Positions 7,677 through 12,531 of a stretch of DNA of 12,531 bases are shown here, one piece after another. Source of the stretch: Chthonomonadales bacterium (lineage in GTDB: Bacteria > Armatimonadota > Chthonomonadetes > Chthonomonadales > Chthonomonadaceae); contig JBBQPO010000182.1 in NCBI GenBank assembly GCA_038217285.1, positions 1-12,531 on the forward strand, given 5' to 3'. Numbering within the stretch: position 1 is the stretch's first letter; each line of letters begins with the position of its first letter. The notes beneath the pieces are model-generated. The model did not search any database and was not told the origin of the DNA. It saw only the letters and a list, made by a program, of their open reading frames with translations. Both the position numbers and the translations under genes were made by a program.

Positions 7677-9479
7677 ATGAAAAACACTATTTTTCTGCCT
7701 GCGGTCCTCGGACTTCTGGCCTGCACCGCCGCCTGTTCCGCCACTCCCCCCGATGTCGCGCGTGATCTGAGCGCAGGCGTAGGAGCGCAGGGGCGGCTCA
7801 TGTGGATCGACGGCACCGCCAACATCACCCGCACCCTGAAACAGGGCGATCAGAAGATCGTCGTGGACTACACGACGACTCGGGCGGGCGTTCAAGAGAT
7901 CGTGCGGAAATGCCGCGCCGCGCACGTCAACACCATCGTCGTGGATGTCAAGCCGCTGGCAGGGTTGGTGCTCTACAACAGCAAGATCGCGCCGCGCATG
8001 CGAATGTGGCAGGGCCATCCCCTGCCCGATTTCGATGTGCTGGCAGCGTTCGTTGAGGAGGGGCATAAAGCAGGGCTGCAGGTAGACGCGTCGATCAATG
8101 TGCTGAGCGAAGGTCATAAGTACTACAGTGTCGGCCCTGCCTACCAGCATCCCGAGTGGCAGAGCGTGGTCTACACCGTTGATCGCGGTATGGTCGCGCT
8201 GAACGAGTCGCGCCTCTCCGTGCGCGCGCCGGACGAGCCCGACGACCCGGCCAAGCCGGTGCTGCTGGCCGACGACAGCACCGTTCTCGGGGCCAGCGGC
8301 ACCAACGGCCTGGTCGGTCTGGAGAGCAAGGAGAACAGCGGCGGCGTGGACAGCGCCGTCCCGCTGGGCAAGCAGATCAATATCGTGCTGGACCCGGCCA
8401 ATCGCGTGGCCGGTATGGTGGACAGTGCCCTGCTGGGGGACGACTCGCTCGCCGCGCCCGAAAACGGCCATCTCGTGAGCGTCTCGCGGCCTGCGGACCG
8501 CGAATGGGCCGCGAAGAATCTGCGCATCGGCTCGGCGGTGCGCTTCGATCTGCGCACGGGCCGCACCCTGATCGCGCAGGCTCCCAGCGAGCGCGTGGCC
8601 TGCTTCATCAACCCCTTGCATCCGGAAGCGCGCCGCTACGAGTTGGAGATGGCGCGCGAGATCGTCGCCAACTACGCTATCGACGGCCTCGTCCTGGATC
8701 GGTGCCGCTTCAGTAACATCCACAACGATTTCAGCGACCGCACCCGTGACGCCTTCGCGCAGTGGCTCCAGCGGCAGCCGCGCGCCTCTCGCCGGGGCGG
8801 TAGCTTCCCCACGGTCATCAATCAGTGGCCGCAGGACATCTTCGCGTTTCCCGAGACTCCCGGCGGCGCCATCAAGCGCGGGCCGCTCTACAAGCCCTGG
8901 ATGGAGTTCCGCGCTCAGACCATCCGCGATTTCGTCGCCGAACTGGCGCGTACCGTGCGGGCCGTCAAGCCGCAGATCGTGCTCGGAACCTATGTCGGCT
9001 CCTGGTACCCTGGCTACTACGAAGTGGGCGTGAACTGGGGCAGCCCCAAGAACGGCCTGCGCTACTCCTGGTATACGCCCAACTATCCCCGCACCGGCTA
9101 CGCGCAGTTTTTCGACTGGATCTCCACCGGGTGCTACTATCCGAATGCGATGGAAGACGAGGCCCGCCTGCAGGGCCAAAATCCGCAGGCGACCGTGGAG
9201 TTCGCGGCAGCGCTCTCCAACCAGGCCGTGGCCAGCGGCGCGTTTGTCTACGCCGGTATCTATCTGCAGGACTATACCCATCGCCCCGAAGCCTTCCTGC
9301 GCGCCCTCGAAGCCTGCACCCAGCGCAGTCAGGGGTGGATGATCTTCGATCTCTCGCTTATGGACGAACAGAACCTGTGGCCCTACCTGGAAAAGGCCTA
9401 TCCGGCTGCGGCGGTCGCGCCTCATACGCTGCCGGGCCTGCTGCCTGCGGCTCGCTCGGGTTTTGACAGCGCGGAATAG
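7677..9479 (+). CDS. Secreted glycoside hydrolase-like protein (GHL10/DUF187, YddW/DigH-related; possibly a lipoprotein)
   Basis: Signal peptide containing Cys (LLACTAAC); motifs LMWID, VNTIVVDVKP, DVLAAFVEEGHKAGLQV, FINPLHPEAR, EIVANYAIDGLVLDRCRF, WMEFRAQTIRDFV, GTYVGSWYPGYYEVGVNW. Confidence 0.85.
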   Translation: MKNTIFLPAVLGLLACTAACSATPPDVARDLSAGVGAQGRLMWIDGTANITRTLKQGDQKIVVDYTTTRAGVQEIVRKCRAAHVNTIVVDVKPLAGLVLYNSKIAPRMRMWQGHPLPDFDVLAAFVEEGHKAGLQVDASINVLSEGHKYYSVGPAYQHPEWQSVVYTVDRGMVALNESRLSVRAPDEPDDPAKPVLLADDSTVLGASGTNGLVGLESKENSGGVDSAVPLGKQINIVLDPANRVAGMVDSALLGDDSLAAPENGHLVSVSRPADREWAAKNLRIGSAVRFDLRTGRTLIAQAPSERVACFINPLHPEARRYELEMAREIVANYAIDGLVLDRCRFSNIHNDFSDRTRDAFAQWLQRQPRASRRGGSFPTVINQWPQDIFAFPETPGGAIKRGPLYKPWMEFRAQTIRDFVAELARTVRAVKPQIVLGTYVGSWYPGYYEVGVNWGSPKNGLRYSWYTPNYPRTGYAQFFDWISTGCYYPNAMEDEARLQGQNPQATVEFAAALSNQAVASGAFVYAGIYLQDYTHRPEAFLRALEACTQRSQGWMIFDLSLMDEQNLWPYLEKAYPAAAVAPHTLPGLLPAARSGFDSAE

Positions 9480-9498
9480 CCTGACCGCACTTCAGACT

Positions 9499-9516
9499 TT
9501 GTGAATGCGATCACAA
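9499..9516. promoter_or_regulatory. CRP-family / Rex-type operator palindrome
   Basis: TTGTGAATGCGATCACAA: an exact TGTGA-N6-TCACA, and one mismatch from the Rex consensus TTGTGAA-N4-TTCACAA. Confidence 0.7.
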
Positions 9517-9539
9517 TCAAAAATATTTGCACAGAACGC

Positions 9540-9568
9540 TTGACAAACCCGCACAAGTGCGATATAAT
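9540..9568 (+). promoter_or_regulatory. Perfect consensus sigma70 promoter
   Basis: TTGACA (9540-9545), 17 bp spacer, TATAAT (9563-9568), with AT-rich sequence upstream. Confidence 0.9.
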
Positions 9569-9672
9569 GAAATTGCACAGAGGGAAGCATCCTGTTCCCC
9601 TTTCACTCCAACTGTTTTCGGTGCCTAAGGGAGTGAAGAAGCAAAAAAAACTTCACAGGAGGGTTACCGCGT

Positions 9673-9732
9673 ATGCGATATCGAAATGATTTCGGGACGA
9701 GGTTCACTTACTGGAAAGGACGCGAAGGATGA
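9673..9732 (+). CDS. Candidate 19-aa peptide MRYRNDFGTRFTYWKGREG
   Basis: AGGAGG (9657-9662) 10 nt before ATG 9673, TGA at 9730-9732; below the ORF-track size cutoff. Confidence 0.4.
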   Translation: MRYRNDFGTRFTYWKGREG

Positions 9733-9891
9733 CGCCACCGGACTGCAGTAGTTGAGGCTTTAGCACGACAGACCGCGAACTAAAGTCGCGAGAACCAGCG
9801 CAAACGGCGACCAACGGAAGCCGTACGCGTAGGGGAACGCGAAACATCATGCGCGACAATACAGCGCCCACAAGTTTCGCCCTGTCCTGAC

Positions 9892-9930
9892 ATAAGAAGC
9901 GCCGCCCCAAAACGGAAGGCTTTTTATTAT
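9892..9930 (+). terminator. Terminator-like hairpin ending the + strand small transcript
   Basis: ataagaagc (9892-9900) pairs with gctttttat (9919-9927), inner ccg/cgg, U-rich 3' side; the stem is imperfect. Confidence 0.5.
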
Positions 9931-9960
9931 AGCCTCGATCTCGGAAAACCACCGGGATAC

Positions 9961-10000
9961 AAAATTGGCCCTCCTGATCTCAATGCGATCAGGAGGGTTT
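9961..10000. terminator. Intrinsic terminator of the ECF operon (possibly bidirectional)
   Basis: Perfect 11-bp stem ccctcctgatc (9969-9979) / gatcaggaggg (9987-9997); followed by ccaatttt on minus and ttt on plus; 29 bp past the 10026 stop. Confidence 0.75.
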
Positions 10001-10025
10001 CCTGTTGCCAGGGCAGAGAGCGCCG

Positions 10026-11012
10026 TCAGTTGCCGGGTTTGATTTCCGCCTTGCCCTCTGGCTTAACGAGAGTCCGCAGGGACGGTCTTGCCCAGGTCCA
10101 GGAAGGAGATCCGAGTTTGACTTCCGCCTTGCCCTCTGGCTTGACGCTCTTGCCGCAGATCGGGCAGAACTGCCAGTCGATGCCGGCCGTCGCGGGCCGC
10201 TTCGCACCGTCGAAGGGGCAGAACTGCCAGTCGTCATGGAACACGCGGCCGCACTGGTCGCATTTCGGGGACTGATGCTGGTGGATCACCGTAACCTGCT
10301 GCTTACAGTGCGGGCAGGTAAAGGTCGAGCGCACCTCGGCAACCTTGTTTGTCTGGATTAGCGTGTTCGCGAGGGTGTACGTGGCCGACAGGTTTGTCGC
10401 GTTGTCGGGCGCAAACTTCAGACCCGCCATCGGCTTGAAATTCTTGTCCTGCCCTTTCAAGTCATAAAATTTGTTTCCGTTCTCATTGTAACGGAGATAA
10501 GGAGTCAGCCAGGATAGGGGACTGTCCCACTGAAAGAGGCTACGGGACACTTTTTTGCCGATGTGAAAGACGGTGGTGGCCTCCTTGCCATCGGATTTGC
10601 GGCCCTTCTGTTGGTTCCAGTTCAGTCCGGTGGCGTCCGACACCATTTCGAGGGCAGTCGAGAGACGAATGTTTTTCGCGACGACCGTGACCCTGGCGTC
10701 TGCGGGCACATCGCTCTCCAGCACGAACTCCTGCTTCGTCTGGTCCTTTAGCTGCCGGATCGCCTCCTTCAGAGGCGCGTTACGCAGATCGAGATTGACG
10801 CGCATCTTCGATTGCGCCGAAACCACGTAGGCGACGTTGGGCAGATACTGAGCCGTATAGTCAGACGTTTGGTCGCCAGTTAACACGTCCAGTGGCGCGA
10901 GGTAGTTATACGCGGCCTTGGTGGGCGTATCGGACTGAGGTTTGGTGGCAACTTCCTGGGCGGATGCCACGCAGGGCAGCAGCAGGGTGGCAAGAATCGT
11001 GCGGAACTTCAT
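10026..11012 (-). CDS. Secreted protein with an STN-like (secretin/TonB short N-terminal) domain and a C-terminal Cys-rich zinc-ribbon region
   Basis: Signal peptide MKFRTILATLLLPCVASAQ; VNLDLRNAPLKEAIRQL...VTVVAKNIRLSTALEMVSDATGLNW is STN/secretin-N-like; CPHC, CDQC, CPFD, CPIC; AGGAGG RBS; ATGA overlap with the upstream stop (11009-11012). Confidence 0.85.
   Translation of the reverse strand: MKFRTILATLLLPCVASAQEVATKPQSDTPTKAAYNYLAPLDVLTGDQTSDYTAQYLPNVAYVVSAQSKMRVNLDLRNAPLKEAIRQLKDQTKQEFVLESDVPADARVTVVAKNIRLSTALEMVSDATGLNWNQQKGRKSDGKEATTVFHIGKKVSRSLFQWDSPLSWLTPYLRYNENGNKFYDLKGQDKNFKPMAGLKFAPDNATNLSATYTLANTLIQTNKVAEVRSTFTCPHCKQQVTVIHQHQSPKCDQCGRVFHDDWQFCPFDGAKRPATAGIDWQFCPICGKSVKPEGKAEVKLGSPSWTWARPSLRTLVKPEGKAEIKPGN
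10037..10146. repeat. Intragenic 32-bp direct repeat (VKPEGKAE[V/I]K twice)
   Basis: gtttgatttccgccttgccctctggcttaacg (10037-10068) vs gtttgacttccgccttgccctctggcttgacg (10115-10146), 30 of 32 identical, 78-bp period. Confidence 0.9.
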
Positions 11013-11722
11013 GGTCTTATATCCTCCTGTTCGAAGCGTACCGGAATAAGGGTCGCGGCTATATGGGCCTCGGCCGGGTTCGAGGCGTCGTCGGGCTGCA
11101 GTGTGAGTTGGAAGAGCGCCGGGGCCAGCAGGATGGCGGCAGTCTCGGGATCACGCTGAGCGATCCACACCGGGGTCGCCGTCTGCGTGATGACCTCGCA
11201 ATGCACCGTTTCTGTCTTCCATATTCCATTTGACCGCCTCGTTGTTGTCGGCAAAGGGTTGTTTCGCGCCAAAAGGCGTCGGTGCGGATGTTGCGGATAG
11301 TGACGGGCGACATGCCGTCGATGTCGCCATGGCAAGATAGGTACCTTGACCAGGCCCGAACCTGCAGGCGGCAGGATCGCCCGGACCATATCCCTGGGTC
11401 GGGGCGCTGACGTGTCCGGCAAGAGGGGCTTGTTGGAAGGATGGACAGCCGTTATCGGATCGGGTGCGACGCCGGTCTTAAGAGGGCGATGCGGCGAGCG
11501 CAGCCAGAGCGAGACGCCCAGCAGCAGCGCCAGACCACAGGCTGAGGCGACAAGGCGAGGCAACAGAAGGGATCGACGGCAGGAAAGCCCCTGTCGCGCC
11601 AGCGCTCCGACGACGAGACTGTCCGGGGCGACCGTATCAGATTCGTAACGGGCGGCCTCCTGCAGTGCGGCTTCGACAAAGCCTGTGCTATTCGGCGCCT
11701 TCGGTTCGGAAGGGATCTTCAT
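11009..11722 (-). CDS. Single-pass membrane protein, putative anti-sigma factor
   Basis: Directly downstream of the ECF sigma with an ATGA overlap (11719-11722); short N-terminal domain, TM LVASACGLALLLGVSLWL, Pro/Arg/His-rich linker, short beta-rich C-terminus. Function is inferred from synteny. Confidence 0.75.
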   Translation of the reverse strand: MKIPSEPKAPNSTGFVEAALQEAARYESDTVAPDSLVVGALARQGLSCRRSLLLPRLVASACGLALLLGVSLWLRSPHRPLKTGVAPDPITAVHPSNKPLLPDTSAPRPRDMVRAILPPAGSGLVKVPILPWRHRRHVARHYPQHPHRRLLARNNPLPTTTRRSNGIWKTETVHCEVITQTATPVWIAQRDPETAAILLAPALFQLTLQPDDASNPAEAHIAATLIPVRFEQEDIRP

Positions 11723-12324
11723 AACGTCCACCCTTTGGCCTCTATTTCGATCCGGCCGGAACTTTCCAGGTCGTCGATTTGCAGGTCTTTCAGCTCATGG
11801 GCCAGTCGGCGCATTCCGGCCTGCACCCGGCTGCGCACAGTGCTTTCCGCCGTACACTCCAGTCGCGCCACCTCCGCCAGCGAAAACTCCTCGAAGAAAT
11901 GCAGCCAGATCGGCACCCGCTGCGGTGTGGGCAGCGCGGCGACCGCCTGCCGAACGCGTCGTTGGGCGGCGCGGCGCTCGGCAAGTCGCTCCAGCGACTC
12001 GGAAGCGGTGGTATCCGGCGGTGTGTCGGTCTGCCAGAAGCGAATGCGCCGCTTCCAGGCCGACTTCTGGTAGTCATGCGCGGTGTTCAGGGCGATACGA
12101 CAGAGCCACGCCTCGAAAGACGCTTCGGCCCGGTAGGTGCGCACCGCGCACCAGGCCCGGACGATGGCCTCCTGCGTCAGATCCTCTCGATCCGGCCCCG
12201 GCGCCACGGAACTGACGATTCGCCAGAGACGGTTTCGACTCCGTTCGCACAGCGTCGAGAACGCCTCCTGATCGCCTGCCATTGCCCGCGCGGCCAGTTC
12301 TTTTTCCGCATCCGCAGCGCTCAC
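11719..12324 (-). CDS. ECF-family RNA polymerase sigma-70 factor
   Basis: GDQEAFSTL, region 2 EDLTQEAIVRAW...FEAWLCRIALN, region 4 FSLAEVARLECTAESTVRSRV; likely GTG start at 12324 after GGAGG/GGAG (the ORF track uses TTG 12363). Confidence 0.95.
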   Translation of the reverse strand: MSAADAEKELAARAMAGDQEAFSTLCERSRNRLWRIVSSVAPGPDREDLTQEAIVRAWCAVRTYRAEASFEAWLCRIALNTAHDYQKSAWKRRIRFWQTDTPPDTTASESLERLAERRAAQRRVRQAVAALPTPQRVPIWLHFFEEFSLAEVARLECTAESTVRSRVQAGMRRLAHELKDLQIDDLESSGRIEIEAKGWTL

Positions 12325-12386
12325 GTCTCCGCCTCCAACCCTTAGACGATACAGACCCTGCAAAACCGCGAACCCGGCGTCTCCAT

Positions 12387-12430
12387 AAACAAAAAAGAAA
12401 ACCCCCGGAGGATCTGCTCCTGCGGGGTTC
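12387..12430 (-). terminator. Intrinsic terminator of the upstream minus-strand gene
   Basis: Minus strand gaacccc-gcaggagcagatcctccg-ggggtt followed by a T-rich tract (ttcttttttgttt). Confidence 0.8.
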
Positions 12431-12461
12431 CCTTACCGACACGCTCTTGTGCGCGGTCGCT

Positions 12462-12530
12462 CTACCGGCGACGGCGGTGACGCGCGCGAAGCATTCCTCC
12501 GCCTATCATCCCCAGAAGGCCCAGACCCGC
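12462..12530 (-). CDS. 3' end of a protein with a PEP-CTERM-like sorting tail (partial)
   Basis: Minus frame reads AGLGLLGMIGGGMLRARHRRRR-TAG (hydrophobic stretch plus Arg cluster), followed by a terminator; a PEP motif, if present, would lie outside the window. Confidence 0.6.
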   Translation of the reverse strand, partial: AGLGLLGMIGGGMLRARHRRRR

Positions 12531-12531
12531 C

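Larger units (their letters stand above)
9575..9930 (+). ncRNA. Candidate structured small RNA or small-peptide mRNA, family not recognised
   Basis: Bounded by the consensus promoter and a terminator-like hairpin; no long + ORF; multiple stems (9602-9609/9630-9637, 9774-9778/9786-9790, 9804-9808/9820-9824, 9839-9845/9874-9880); the next gene is convergent. Confidence 0.55.

Noticed and set aside
7596-9425. 609-aa minus-strand ORF
   Set aside because: Antisense shadow of the GHL10 gene, common in GC-rich DNA; no motifs or RBS.
9797-9835. c-di-GMP-I (GEMM) riboswitch resemblance, GCAAAC...ACGC
   Set aside because: Lacks the GNRA tetraloop, the GACGCAAA junction and the receptor hairpin; no downstream gene to regulate.
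9704-9952. 82-aa minus-strand ORF and 62-aa + ORF 9501..9689
   Set aside because: No RBS, non-ATG starts, and they overlap promoter or terminator signals; the + strand RNA explains the region better.
10037-10233. CRISPR-like repeat-spacer pattern (32-bp repeats, 46-bp gap)
   Set aside because: Only two copies, in frame inside a CDS with synonymous or conservative differences; no cas genes or leader.

Overview
GC-rich bacterial chromosomal window; the gene content suggests Armatimonadota or a PVC-like lineage (inference only). In order: (1) 5' part of a secreted PSD1/DUF1549-DUF1553 planctomycete-type cytochrome c protein (minus, runs off the left edge); (2) a nested repeat island with an inverted pair of REP-like palindromes, one split by a 266-bp MITE-like insert; (3) Mn/Fe superoxide dismutase; (4) a secreted hypothetical gene whose C-terminal membrane anchor lies behind an in-frame TAG; (5) a GAF-GAF histidine kinase and a stand-alone receiver protein; (6) a small hypothetical ORF and a GHL10/DUF187-like glycoside hydrolase; (7) an unannotated ~350-nt transcription unit with a CRP/Rex-type box, a perfect sigma70 promoter, a 19-codon ORF, a structured GGA-rich body and a terminator; (8) a translationally coupled operon of ECF sigma, anti-sigma-like protein and STN + zinc-ribbon protein; (9) the tail of a PEP-CTERM-like protein at the right edge. 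The best candidates for undescribed biology are (7), (8) and (2).
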